A DNA stretch of 64,000 bases. Origin: Bacteroidales bacterium. GTDB taxonomy: Bacteria; Bacteroidota; Bacteroidia; Bacteroidales; UBA7960. A program made the translations under genes and the position numbers. Positions 48,202 through 57,868 of the stretch are shown piece after piece (the stretch's first letter is position 1; each line of letters starts with the position of its first letter). The stretch lies in assembly GCA_041686485.1 (NCBI GenBank), contig JAWLDT010000006.1:1669-65668 (forward strand). The letters run 5' to 3'. Under the pieces are notes generated by a model. It was given only the letters and a program-made list of their open reading frames with translations. It did not search any database and had not been told where the DNA came from.

Positions 48202-49368
48202 ATGGAATGGGTTACCGGTTTATATTGGTTTGATTTGGTGGATGCGCCATGGGAATGGTTGCTGACAGGTTTATTTTGTGCAGTGGTCATTGTTCAGTTG
48301 TTCTATTTTTGGTTTTTTTACTACCGGGTGGCTTTTTTTAAGAAAACAACGGAAGATGCTACAGATGCACCCCTTCCGGTATCTGTTATTATCTCAGCCC
48401 GTAATGAATACCCGGCTCTTCAAAAAAACCTTCCATTGATCCTTAACCAGGACCATCCTGTATTTGAAGTTGTGGTGGTGAATGAAGGGTCAACGGATGA
48501 TTCTGAAATGTTGCTTAAGGAGCTGCAAAAGCAGTACGATAACCTGAAGGTCGTTGACCTGACATACAGTGTCAGTTTCCTGAAAGGGAAAAAACTTCCC
48601 ATCTCTGTTGGCATTAAATCCGCCAGTCACGATTATCTCATACTGACTGAAGCGGGTTGCCGCCCGGCCGGTGATCAATGGATACATAATATGACGCGGC
48701 ATTTTCGCGGGGATAAAACCATTGTCCTCGGTTATAGCGCTTATGAACAACAGGCCGGTATGCTGAACAAAATTATCCGGCTTGATAACCTGTATGATGG
48801 TTTGCAATACCTCGGGTTCGCGTTGGCAGGCCGGCCATATAAAGGGGATGGGCGGAATCTTTCTTATAGCAGGTCGCTTTTTTATGCGGTTAAAGGCTTT
48901 ACCGCTCATTATAAGATACCAGCCGGCGATGATGACCTGTTTGTTAACCATGCGGCAACCAACAAGAATACCGCCGTGGAGTTCTCGCCGGAAACACATA
49001 CGATTGCATCACCGCCTTACACTTTTTCCGGATGGCTGAAGCAGAAGCGCCAACGGAGTATCACTTCCCGTTATTATAAAGTGAAGGACAAACGCAGGAT
49101 GTCCCTTTTCCGGGTTTCCGGTCTGCTTTTTTATCCGCTTTTTATTGTTGCATTGGTATTGGCCGGGCTTTCAATACCAGGATATGTGGTAGCCGGAAGC
49201 TTTCTGCTGCGTATGATCAGCTTTTTCATTATTATAAATAGCGCCGCCAAAACGCTCAAAGAACCCAAAATTTCCTTATTTTCGTTGGCGGGGGATGTCA
49301 TGCTGTCTGTTGTGGATAGTATGTTATTGGTGACATCCTTGTTGACTAAAAATACGACATGGAAGTAA
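48202..49368 (+). CDS. Family 2 glycosyltransferase, membrane-embedded
   Basis: 388 aa. It has an N-terminal TM, a GT-A core (VSVIISARNE… VVVVNEGSTDDS…) and C-terminal TM helices. Confidence 0.7.
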   Translation: MEWVTGLYWFDLVDAPWEWLLTGLFCAVVIVQLFYFWFFYYRVAFFKKTTEDATDAPLPVSVIISARNEYPALQKNLPLILNQDHPVFEVVVVNEGSTDDSEMLLKELQKQYDNLKVVDLTYSVSFLKGKKLPISVGIKSASHDYLILTEAGCRPAGDQWIHNMTRHFRGDKTIVLGYSAYEQQAGMLNKIIRLDNLYDGLQYLGFALAGRPYKGDGRNLSYSRSLFYAVKGFTAHYKIPAGDDDLFVNHAATNKNTAVEFSPETHTIASPPYTFSGWLKQKRQRSITSRYYKVKDKRRMSLFRVSGLLFYPLFIVALVLAGLSIPGYVVAGSFLLRMISFFIIINSAAKTLKEPKISLFSLAGDVMLSVVDSMLLVTSLLTKNTTWK

Positions 49369-49964
49369 AGGGTCAGTATACAGAAAAAGCCAAAAGAGAC
49401 CTTGCCCTGGTGCGGGAAGCTGCCGGTAATGGCGATGAAAAGGCCTTTTCCGAACTGATGAGCCTGTATAAGGATACGATTTTTTACATGTTGCTGAAGA
49501 TGACAGGTAACCCCGATGATGCGGAAGATCTGACCATTGAAACCTTCGGTAAGGCATTTACCAACATCAAACAGTATAACGAAAAATATGCGTTCAGCAC
49601 GTGGCTGTTTAAAATTGCTTCCAACAATGGTATTGATTTTATCCGGAAAAAGAAAAAAAATGTACTGAACCAGGAAGCCAATGAAGACCTGGAAACATCG
49701 GAAGATAAGTTTAACTTCGTCATTGATATGATCAATCCCGAGGAACGTTTTATCCGCGGCCAGAAGTTAGAACTTGTGAGGCAGGTGGTTGAGACCCTCA
49801 AGCCCAGGTATCGTAAATTGATTGCCCTGCGCTATTTCGAAGAACATTCTTATGAAGAGATCGCGGAGGAGCTGGACCTGCCCATGGGCACGGTTAAAGC
49901 CCAGCTTTTCCGGGCCAGGGAGTTTCTCTATCAGGCCATGAAAAATATGCAGGAGCGCATGTGA
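49359..49964 (+). CDS. ECF-type sigma-70 family RNA polymerase sigma factor
   Basis: 201 aa with region 2 (…DAEDLTIETFGKAF… FSTWLFKIASNNGIDFIRKKK) and region 4 (YEEIAEELDLPMGTVKAQLFRAREFL). Its ATG overlaps the GT2 gene end by 10 nt. Confidence 0.85.
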   Translation: MEVKGQYTEKAKRDLALVREAAGNGDEKAFSELMSLYKDTIFYMLLKMTGNPDDAEDLTIETFGKAFTNIKQYNEKYAFSTWLFKIASNNGIDFIRKKKKNVLNQEANEDLETSEDKFNFVIDMINPEERFIRGQKLELVRQVVETLKPRYRKLIALRYFEEHSYEEIAEELDLPMGTVKAQLFRAREFLYQAMKNMQERM

Positions 49965-50049
49965 ATGGTGTCAGCATGATGGTGCCTGGTCGTTCACAAG
50001 ACGTTTCCATTATGACATATTAAACGTTGGTTATCAAAAATTGAGCTAT

Positions 50050-52062
50050 ATGTCCTTATCTGATTTTCAAAAAGAAATATTACAGGGTATCCCGGATGAG
50101 CTACCTTCTCCAAAACCTTATGATGCCGGGGTAAATCATGCACCGAAGCGGAAGGATATCCTTTCGGAGAGAGAAAAACGTTTGGCCGTTAAGAATGCGC
50201 TGCGTTACTTTCCTGCGAAGTTTCATCCGACACTGGCACCTGAATTTGCGGAGGAGCTGGAAACATACGGACGTATCTACATGTACCGTTTTCGTCCGGA
50301 TTATAAGATCCATGCCCGTTCGATTGATGAGTTCCCGCATCAGTCAAGGCAGGCGGCTGCCATCATGTTGATGTTAAGCAACAACCTTGATCATGCTGTC
50401 GCCCAGCATCCGCACGAACTCATCACCTATGGTGGTAACGGAGCTGTTTTCCAGAATTGGGCACAGTACTTGCTTACCATGCAGTACCTGGCAGAGATGA
50501 CGGATGAACAGACACTTGTGCTGAACAGCGGTCATCCGTTGGGCTTGTTTCCTTCTCATGCAGAGGCTCCCAGGGTCGTTGTCACCAACGGGATGATGAT
50601 TCCCAACTATTCGACCCAGGATGACTGGGAGCGTTACAATGCCCTGGGCGTTACCCAGTATGGCCAGATGACGGCAGGCTCATTCATGTATATTGGTCCG
50701 CAGGGGATCGTACACGGGACTACGATTACTGTGCTCAATGCCGGCCGCTTACTGAAAGATGGCGGTGAAGGACTTGCCGGCAAGCTTTTTGTCTCCAGCG
50801 GACTCGGTGGCATGTCAGGCGCTCAGCCTAAAGCGGCTGTCATAGCCGGTGCCATTGGTTTGGTTGCCGAAATTAACCCCAAGGCTACCGCTACCCGCCA
50901 TGAACAAGGCTGGGTGGATGAGGTATATGACGACCTGGACATTATAATTGACCGGATAAGGAAGGCAAAATCGGAAAAAGAGGCTGTCTCCCTGGCTTAC
51001 CAGGGCAATATCGTTGACTTGTGGGAAGCATTGCTGGACAATGATATCGATGTGGAACTTGGCTCTGACCAAACCTCTCTGCACAATCCCTGGGCCGGTG
51101 GCTACTACCCTGCTGGTATCACCTTCGATCAAGCCAATGAGATGATGGCCAAAGAGCCGGAAAAATTCCGGGATCATGTTAAAGCGTCCCTTGTCCGGCA
51201 TGTTGATGTCATTAACAAATTGTCAGAAAAGGGCATGTATTTCTGGGACTATGGCAATGCTTTCTTATTGGAAGCCGGACGCGCAGGCGCCGATATTTTT
51301 ACCAGCGACAACGATTATAAATACCCCTCTTATGTGCAGGATATCATGGGGCCGCTCTGTTTTGACTATGGCTTCGGGCCGTTCAGATGGGTGTGTGCTT
51401 CCTCTGATCCGGAAGACCTCCGCCTGACAGACCAGATCGCCGCGGCGGTTATCCGGGAGATGACAGGAACGGCACCGCCGGAGATCAAACAGCAGTTGCT
51501 GGATAACCTGCGCTGGATAGAGCAGGCCGAGGAAAATCAGCTGGTCGTTGGCTCCCAGGCCCGCATATTGTATGCTGACAGTGAGGGCCGTATTCGCATT
51601 GCAAAGGAGTTTAATAAAGCCATCAGGGAACATAAGCTGAAAGGACCCATTATTCTTGGTCGTGATCATCATGATGTGAGTGGTACGGATAGCCCTTTCC
51701 GGGAGACATCCAACATTTATGACGGATCTCGCTTCACGGCCGACATGGCGATACAGAATGTTATCGGGGATAGCTTCCGCGGCGCTACCTGGGTATCCAT
51801 TCATAACGGTGGTGGCGTTGGCTGGGGTGAAGTGATCAATGGCGGTTTCGGCATGGTGCTTGACGGCACAACAGAAGCCGATCGAAGGCTCGAAAACATG
51901 CTCTTCTGGGATGTGAATAACGGCATTGCCCGCAGAAGCTGGGCCAGAAACAAAGAGGCCAATTATGCCATCCAACGTGCAATGGATGCTGAACCCCGGT
52001 TAAAGGTGACTATCCCGGCCAGCGCTGATGACGCACTTCTGGAAAACTTATTCAGGGAATAG
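50050..52062 (+). CDS. hutU: Urocanate hydratase
   Basis: About 670 aa of unmistakable urocanase sequence (…ELITYGGNGAVFQNWAQY…, …GGMSGAQPKA…, …SIHNGGGVGWGEV…). ORF-track position 50041 is TTG; ATG 50050 is preferred. Confidence 0.9.
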   Translation: MSLSDFQKEILQGIPDELPSPKPYDAGVNHAPKRKDILSEREKRLAVKNALRYFPAKFHPTLAPEFAEELETYGRIYMYRFRPDYKIHARSIDEFPHQSRQAAAIMLMLSNNLDHAVAQHPHELITYGGNGAVFQNWAQYLLTMQYLAEMTDEQTLVLNSGHPLGLFPSHAEAPRVVVTNGMMIPNYSTQDDWERYNALGVTQYGQMTAGSFMYIGPQGIVHGTTITVLNAGRLLKDGGEGLAGKLFVSSGLGGMSGAQPKAAVIAGAIGLVAEINPKATATRHEQGWVDEVYDDLDIIIDRIRKAKSEKEAVSLAYQGNIVDLWEALLDNDIDVELGSDQTSLHNPWAGGYYPAGITFDQANEMMAKEPEKFRDHVKASLVRHVDVINKLSEKGMYFWDYGNAFLLEAGRAGADIFTSDNDYKYPSYVQDIMGPLCFDYGFGPFRWVCASSDPEDLRLTDQIAAAVIREMTGTAPPEIKQQLLDNLRWIEQAEENQLVVGSQARILYADSEGRIRIAKEFNKAIREHKLKGPIILGRDHHDVSGTDSPFRETSNIYDGSRFTADMAIQNVIGDSFRGATWVSIHNGGGVGWGEVINGGFGMVLDGTTEADRRLENMLFWDVNNGIARRSWARNKEANYAIQRAMDAEPRLKVTIPASADDALLENLFRE

Positions 52063-52128
52063 GAGAGAGATTGTGACTACCTGGTTTGTGAAACACTGAA
52101 GGGCTTTTTTGTTTTGAGGCATAGCCTT

Positions 52129-52551
52129 CTACTGTTCTACCGGTATTTCCAGAACCTCCTCTTTGTCTTCGGGAACCCTGTCAGGGTCTGGCATCTGTCC
52201 GGCCTCACTCTCCATGATGCTTAGCCGGTTAATGACCTGCTCATGAATTTCATCCATCTCAGGCCCATCCAGCAAATAACAGTCTAAAGCTTCTTCAAAT
52301 GTTTCAGCTGAAACATCATGGTTGTCAAACACACCCGCATAATAATATTCCGTCGAATCCCGGATGCCAATATCCGAATACCGGTGCTCGCTTATGTACT
52401 GCTCAAGCAGATATACATCAAACAGGATGTCTGCCATTTCTTCTTTGGATAAGATTTTCTCACAGTCATCCCGTCCCGGTGAACGGAAAAATGTACACCC
52501 GGCTATTAAAAAGGCCATCCCTAAAATGAGTATTCGTTTTATGCGGCTCAT
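52129..52551 (-). CDS. DUF4296-like lipoprotein
   Basis: The start is set at ATG 52551 (MSRIKRILILGMAFLIAGC…), giving a lipobox; ATG 52560 is an alternative. It sits downstream of the dihydroorotase gene, as I recall for this family in Bacteroidota. Confidence 0.55.
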   Translation of the reverse strand: MSRIKRILILGMAFLIAGCTFFRSPGRDDCEKILSKEEMADILFDVYLLEQYISEHRYSDIGIRDSTEYYYAGVFDNHDVSAETFEEALDCYLLDGPEMDEIHEQVINRLSIMESEAGQMPDPDRVPEDKEEVLEIPVEQ

Positions 52552-52617
52552 AGCAGTCATACTCCTATGGGTAAAATATATGCAACACCTTGAAAACTGG
52601 CAACAATCCACGGCAGG

Positions 52618-54003
52618 TTATCTTGAAAAAGAAATGGCTTCACCACGGACGTTTTCATAAAAGCTTCCTTTCTCATAAACGAGGTTACCATTGATGAAAG
52701 TATGTGTAACGCTTGCATCCAGGCTCGTATTTTCCAGGGGTGACCATCCGCATTTATAAAGGATGTTCTCTTTGTTTACGATTGTGTTTTGTGTGGTATC
52801 GATAACGACCAGGTCGGCAGCATATCCTTCTCTGATAAATCCACGATTGTTGATGTTAAAACAGATGGCGGGTTGGTGGCACATGAGACTTACGAGTTGT
52901 TCGAGGGTTATGTGCTGTTTATTGGCCAGGGTGATCATGGCGGGAAGTGCATGTTGAACCATAGGTCCTCCCGACGGACATTCTGTATAGGGTTTATTTT
53001 TTTCTTCAGATGTGTGCGGTGCGTGATCGGTGGCCAGCACATCGATCCGGCCATCTTTGACAGCGCTGATCAATGCTTGTTGGTCTGTTTTGTATTTGAC
53101 CGCAGGGTTCCATTTAATGTATGACCCCTTGCGTGCATAGTCGTCTATGGAAAACCAAAGGTGGTGAACACAGGCTTCGGCAGTGATCCTTTTCTCGGCG
53201 AGCGGTGTTTCGTTGTCGAGCATACGCATTTCGTCGAGCGTGCTCAGGTGTAACAGGTGCAATCGCGTGTCGTATTTTTCCGCCAGGCTGATGGCCTGTC
53301 GTGTTGAACGTTCGCAAGCTTCGTGGCTTCGAATGACCGGATGCATGTGAATGGGAATCGCTTCTCCCCATGCGGCCTTTGCTGCGGTGATGTTGGACCG
53401 GATAATCTGTTCGTCTTCAGCATGTACCGCTACGGGCAAACGGGTCTCCCTGAATATTGCCGCGAGGGTGTCGGGATTATCTACAAGCATATTGCCCGTG
53501 GATGATCCCATGAAGACCTTTATGCCGCAACAATGCCCGGGGTCAGTTGCCAGTAATTCATCATGGTTGTCATTGGTGGCGCCCATGTAAAAGGAGTAGT
53601 TGGCCAGACTGTGGTCCTGGGCCAGCCTGAATTTCTCTTCCAGTAATGCCTGGGTGACAGTTGCCGGCTTCGTGTTGGGCATCTCCATAAAGGTGGTGAT
53701 GCCTCCCGCAACTGCCGCACGCGACTCTGAACGGATGTCGGCCTTATGTGTTAGCCCGGGCTCCCTGAAATGTACCTGATCATCAATCACGCCCGGAATG
53801 ACAGTCATGCCGTTAAGGTCAATCACCTGCGCACGGTCCTCCGGGTAGGCCTCTTGTTGTTCTTCTTCAAAAATTTTTTCTATGATCCCATTTTGTAACA
53901 GCAAAGCACCATGAAAGCTTCTTCCTTCATTGACAATGGTGACATTCTTTAACAAATAGGGCTTGTCGGGCATAGATGAGCAATTTTGCCGGTTGTTGTT
54001 CAA
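52618..54003 (-). CDS. pyrC: Dihydroorotase (amidohydrolase superfamily)
   Basis: 461 aa. It has the metal-binding D-x-H-x-H-type motif region (IDDQVHFREPG) and …VLATDHAPH…. The start could be the downstream Met (MPDKPYLLKNV…). Confidence 0.8.
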   Translation of the reverse strand: MNNNRQNCSSMPDKPYLLKNVTIVNEGRSFHGALLLQNGIIEKIFEEEQQEAYPEDRAQVIDLNGMTVIPGVIDDQVHFREPGLTHKADIRSESRAAVAGGITTFMEMPNTKPATVTQALLEEKFRLAQDHSLANYSFYMGATNDNHDELLATDPGHCCGIKVFMGSSTGNMLVDNPDTLAAIFRETRLPVAVHAEDEQIIRSNITAAKAAWGEAIPIHMHPVIRSHEACERSTRQAISLAEKYDTRLHLLHLSTLDEMRMLDNETPLAEKRITAEACVHHLWFSIDDYARKGSYIKWNPAVKYKTDQQALISAVKDGRIDVLATDHAPHTSEEKNKPYTECPSGGPMVQHALPAMITLANKQHITLEQLVSLMCHQPAICFNINNRGFIREGYAADLVVIDTTQNTIVNKENILYKCGWSPLENTSLDASVTHTFINGNLVYEKGSFYENVRGEAISFSR

Positions 54004-54010
54004 TCGGTGT

Positions 54011-54757
54011 TCAGTAACCGGGATGCTTGTAACGTTTTTTGTTTATCAGGCTTTTCCACTTCAAAAGAAGTACACCAAGCACCGCTTCCTTAAAAATGCC
54101 GGAACTCATTTTTGAAACGCCTTCTGTTCTGTCGGTAAATACAATCGAGACCTCCTTCAGCTTAAAGCCAAGCTTCCAGGCAGCAAATTTCATCTCGATC
54201 TGAAAGGCGTATCCGGTAAACTTGATTTCGTCGAGGTTGATCGTCTCAAGCACGTTACGCCGGTAACATTTAAAACCTGCCGTGGTGTCGTGAATTGGCA
54301 ATCCGGTGATTACGCGAACATAGATGGAAGCACAGTACGACATCAATACCCGGCCGATGGGCCAGTTCACAACGTTTACACCGTCAATATATCTTGAACC
54401 GACTGCTACATCATAGCCTTTGTTGGCACAGGCGTCATATAAGTGCAGAAGGTCATCCGGGTTGTGTGAGAGGTCGGCGTCCATCTCAAAAATATACTGA
54501 TAGTGACGCTGCAAGGCCCATTTAAACCCGAAGATGTAGGCCGTTCCAAGGCCTAACTTACCTTCCCTGGTCTCCAGAAAAAGCTGGTTGGGAAATTGTG
54601 ACTGCAGGTCACGGATAATAGCTGCCGTGCCATCGGGCGAATTGTCATCCACTACCAGTATATGAAAGGAATGTGGCAGGGAAAAAATCCGGCGAACAAC
54701 ATTCTCAATATTTTCCCGCTCATTATAAGTGGGAATAATGACCAGACTATCACTCAC
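54011..54757 (-). CDS. Polyprenol-phosphate mannosyl/glycosyl transferase (GT2, DPM1-like)
   Basis: 248 aa. LVIIPTYNERENI… VVDDNSPDGT… EMDADLSH are DPM1-like GT2 motifs. The start codon is GTG. Confidence 0.8.
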   Translation of the reverse strand: MSDSLVIIPTYNERENIENVVRRIFSLPHSFHILVVDDNSPDGTAAIIRDLQSQFPNQLFLETREGKLGLGTAYIFGFKWALQRHYQYIFEMDADLSHNPDDLLHLYDACANKGYDVAVGSRYIDGVNVVNWPIGRVLMSYCASIYVRVITGLPIHDTTAGFKCYRRNVLETINLDEIKFTGYAFQIEMKFAAWKLGFKLKEVSIVFTDRTEGVSKMSSGIFKEAVLGVLLLKWKSLINKKRYKHPGY

Positions 54758-54913
54758 TAGTTTGTTCAGATTTTAGGTTTTGTTATTGATGACGGGATAA
54801 ATACGGTTTATCACGGTGTCACCAATTCTTCAAAAATACAAGTTTTGTTGATAAAAACGAAAAAAACACCTTGTTTTGTGTGTTATATTTATTTAAAGAA
54901 GGCTTTTTCCGTC

Positions 54914-54921
54914 TAATTTTG
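54914..54921 (+). promoter_or_regulatory. -7 promoter box TAATTTTG for the cysteine desulfurase gene
   Basis: Matches TAnnTTTG, with 5 nt before ATG 54927. Confidence 0.45.
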
Positions 54922-54926
54922 CATGT

Positions 54927-56057
54927 ATGGGAACAAACGTAATTTACTTTGATAATGCGGCGAGTACCCCTGTTGATGATGAGGTTTTAGACCATGTACA
55001 ACATCTGATGCGAAATACATACGGCAACCCGTCATCACTTCATTGGTACGGCAGGGAGGCACGTGTCGTGGTGGAGCAATCACGACGCACGGTCGCCCGG
55101 TTGTTGAATGTATCACCCGCCGGGATATTCTTTACGTCCGGTGGTACAGAGGCCAATAACGCGGTTCTTTGGGGCTGTTGTAAAGATCTGGGCATCAAAC
55201 ATTTTATTACGAGTCCGCTGGAGCATCCGGCTGTTTTAAAGACGCTGGAGCAGTTGCAATCTTTGATGGGCATCCATATCCACTTTGTCAACGTTGGTCC
55301 GGCTGGCCATGTTGACCTGGATCACCTGGAAACGTTGCTGAAACAACATACGCCGGCGGTCGTCAGTCTGATGCATGCCAACAATGAGATTGGCAACCTG
55401 TTACCGGTAAAGGCCGTTTCGGATCTGTGCCAAAGATACCAGGCGCTATTTCATTCTGATACCGTTCAGACGGTCGGAAAACTTGCTATGGACATGAAGC
55501 AGCCTGCCATCGATTTTGCTGTGGCGAGTGCCCATAAGTTTCATGGGCCAAAAGGGGCAGGCTTTATGTATGTGGGGTCGGCGTCCTTTTTTAAGCAATT
55601 TATCACCGGTGGGGGGCAGGAACGTAACATGCGTGGTGGAACAGAGCATGTATATGGGGTTGCCGGTATGGCGAAGGCACTGGAAGTCGCCCACCAGCGT
55701 ATGACGGAGGATCAGCGGCATATCAGCTACCTGAAAAAGGAGTGTGTCAGCCTTCTTCGTCAAAATATTCCATCCATCAGCTTCAATGGCGATACGGAAG
55801 GAAGTTCGTTGCACACCATCATCAATGTTACCCTGCCGGAAGGATTGGATGCCGAGATGTTGTTGCCCAACCTTGATATTGCCGGGATCTGTGTATCTAC
55901 CGGAAGCGCCTGTGCTTCGGGCAGCGACCGTGGCTCCTATGTGCTTGAGGCCCTTGGTGCTGATATGCAAAAACCGTCTGTGCGTATCTCCTTCAGCCGT
56001 TATAATACCATGGAAGAGGTCAGGCAGTTTGTGGATGTTCTAACCTCGCTTGTATAA
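54927..56057 (+). CDS. Cysteine desulfurase (class V aminotransferase, NifS/IscS family)
   Basis: 376 aa. It has IYFDNAASTP at the N-terminus, the PLP-lysine motif SAHKFHGPKG, and the active-site Cys region STGSACASG. Confidence 0.85.
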   Translation: MGTNVIYFDNAASTPVDDEVLDHVQHLMRNTYGNPSSLHWYGREARVVVEQSRRTVARLLNVSPAGIFFTSGGTEANNAVLWGCCKDLGIKHFITSPLEHPAVLKTLEQLQSLMGIHIHFVNVGPAGHVDLDHLETLLKQHTPAVVSLMHANNEIGNLLPVKAVSDLCQRYQALFHSDTVQTVGKLAMDMKQPAIDFAVASAHKFHGPKGAGFMYVGSASFFKQFITGGGQERNMRGGTEHVYGVAGMAKALEVAHQRMTEDQRHISYLKKECVSLLRQNIPSISFNGDTEGSSLHTIINVTLPEGLDAEMLLPNLDIAGICVSTGSACASGSDRGSYVLEALGADMQKPSVRISFSRYNTMEEVRQFVDVLTSLV

Positions 56058-56216
56058 AAAAAGGCCTCTGCAAAGAAACCTTTTTTATGTGTTTATATTT
56101 TTGTTTAATTCTGATTTGCAACGTTTTGCGACTTGCTGTTTTTGTGTTTTTAAGTTGCCCTTTTCAGGGCGCTTCCGGGCTCGAGCCCATTGGGTGACGA
56201 TTTTCCAGCAATCTGC

Positions 56217-57854
56217 TTACTCCTCTTCGTACAGGTTGACTTCGCTGATCTGCCAGGTGGCGGCACCTGAATCAGAGCTTGTGTACCGGAATGCGATGTG
56301 GACGCTCTCTCCATCAAACTGCGAGATGTCGATCTCCCCGCTGTACATGAAGTTCCAGTTGCTTCCCGGAGGCCGGTTAAACCCGTCAAAATGCACCCAG
56401 TCGCCTGACCCTGACGGATCGCTTCCTTCTTCATAATCAGATGCGATCAACAGCTGCAGGTCATCATAGCTGGTAAGATAATTAATGGCCTCCCTGATCT
56501 CGATGCTTACCCCGCTGCGATCTGTGAGATCGATCGCGGGAGACACCATCCAGTTTTCATTTTCATTTGCCTGGTTGTTGGCATATCCACTCATAACGGC
56601 TGAGCCACCATCCCAGTCCTGCCATTCCCAGTTTTGGTCACCCGACAGGTTGTGATCGGTAAATGGATCGATGCCGTCGGCTTCATTACCAAAAGTGGCC
56701 TCCCAGAAGCCCACTGTTGGGACAATGCCATCGCCGTCAATCCAGTACCCTGCAGTATTTAGCATTCCCGGTTGTCCGAAATATAATTCCAGGTCGCCCA
56801 GCAGTTTTGCTGTTACCCCATGAAGCTCCTGGTTATCCACCAGGTTCAGTTCATCACGAATGTCGCCAAATGGCAGCTGAACGATTAGCACGCTGCCCAG
56901 GGATGTCTCATCCGGATCGTCGGCAATGATGAGGTTTGTCGGGGTCTCGAAAGGTGGTTCAAATGATGGCGTGAAAGGATCGTCCGTAGTTTCCATAACA
57001 CCAACGATAGTTCCTTCCACCCACATGTTGCTACCCGTATTGTTGGCAATTGCATAAGCTACATTGTAAGGATCTTCAAACGTTCCGTCCCCTTCCGGGG
57101 CATCGGTTTCACAACGTTCACCCTCCATGTCTACCTCTTCCAGCCGGCGGATCAGCAACTGCCAGTCGTTGCGGAACTGCGAGACAATACCAATAAGGGT
57201 GCCGTTGCCTTCGGGGAGCTCTTCGCCGGCGAAATCGGCATAGCCGCTGGTGCGTACAATGATCTGGTTATTGTCGCAGTCTTGCAGCGTTCTGTTCTCG
57301 GAAAACTGGTTTTCGGCATCGGCAAAGGTATTACCCAGTTCTGCAGCCACAAACTGGACCCCTTCGAGCTTCACCAGTTCAGCCTGATAGCCGCCCTCCA
57401 GGATATCTTCGATATCGACCACTTGTGGCTCAACCGGTGTGCCTTCTCCCACACGTATGTAGTTTTCTCCGTAGAGGACAGAATCCAGCTGCAACATGTT
57501 TTCAAAGGTGCTGAGTGTGCTGCCTTTCAGGGATATCCTGACAGAGTCGTCTTCACTGACTTCCCCGGCAAAATCCATCTGAAGATTTATGGCAGCCGTA
57601 GCATCCTGGACATAAGCCTCCCGGTAAATGTTGCCGGAGCTTTCATCCATGGTAACGGTGGCGTAGATGGATATATCATCATCAAAATAAATGGGTTGAC
57701 CGTTGTACATGTCACGTAGCCCGGACAGGGTCATTACCTCGTCGGGCGTATTGGCCGGCGGTTGATCCGGGTCTTTCTCACAGGCAGTTAACACCAGCAG
57801 TAATAAAAACGGAAGAAATAAAAAGGTTCTATGAGGGCGCATTCGATTTGTCAT
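56217..57854 (-). CDS. Surface lipoprotein: one DUF5689-type (OB-like) module + middle domain + choice-of-anchor-J-like C-terminal domain
   Basis: 545 aa with a lipobox (…LLLVLTAC). Residues about 38-250 are paralogous to the upstream gene's first module. The C-terminal part (…NWEWQDWDGGSAVMSGY…NWMVSPAIDL…) resembles the choice-of-anchor J family. Family names are by recognition only. Confidence 0.6.
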   Translation of the reverse strand: MTNRMRPHRTFLFLPFLLLLVLTACEKDPDQPPANTPDEVMTLSGLRDMYNGQPIYFDDDISIYATVTMDESSGNIYREAYVQDATAAINLQMDFAGEVSEDDSVRISLKGSTLSTFENMLQLDSVLYGENYIRVGEGTPVEPQVVDIEDILEGGYQAELVKLEGVQFVAAELGNTFADAENQFSENRTLQDCDNNQIIVRTSGYADFAGEELPEGNGTLIGIVSQFRNDWQLLIRRLEEVDMEGERCETDAPEGDGTFEDPYNVAYAIANNTGSNMWVEGTIVGVMETTDDPFTPSFEPPFETPTNLIIADDPDETSLGSVLIVQLPFGDIRDELNLVDNQELHGVTAKLLGDLELYFGQPGMLNTAGYWIDGDGIVPTVGFWEATFGNEADGIDPFTDHNLSGDQNWEWQDWDGGSAVMSGYANNQANENENWMVSPAIDLTDRSGVSIEIREAINYLTSYDDLQLLIASDYEEGSDPSGSGDWVHFDGFNRPPGSNWNFMYSGEIDISQFDGESVHIAFRYTSSDSGAATWQISEVNLYEEE

Positions 57855-57868
57855 GGGTTGTTGGTATT

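Noticed and set aside
56050-56436. A 128-aa plus-strand ORF and a 94-aa minus-strand ORF at the convergent junction of the cysteine desulfurase and lipoprotein genes.
   Set aside because: Both overlap the 3' end of the 545-aa lipoprotein gene in other frames, and their translations are featureless.
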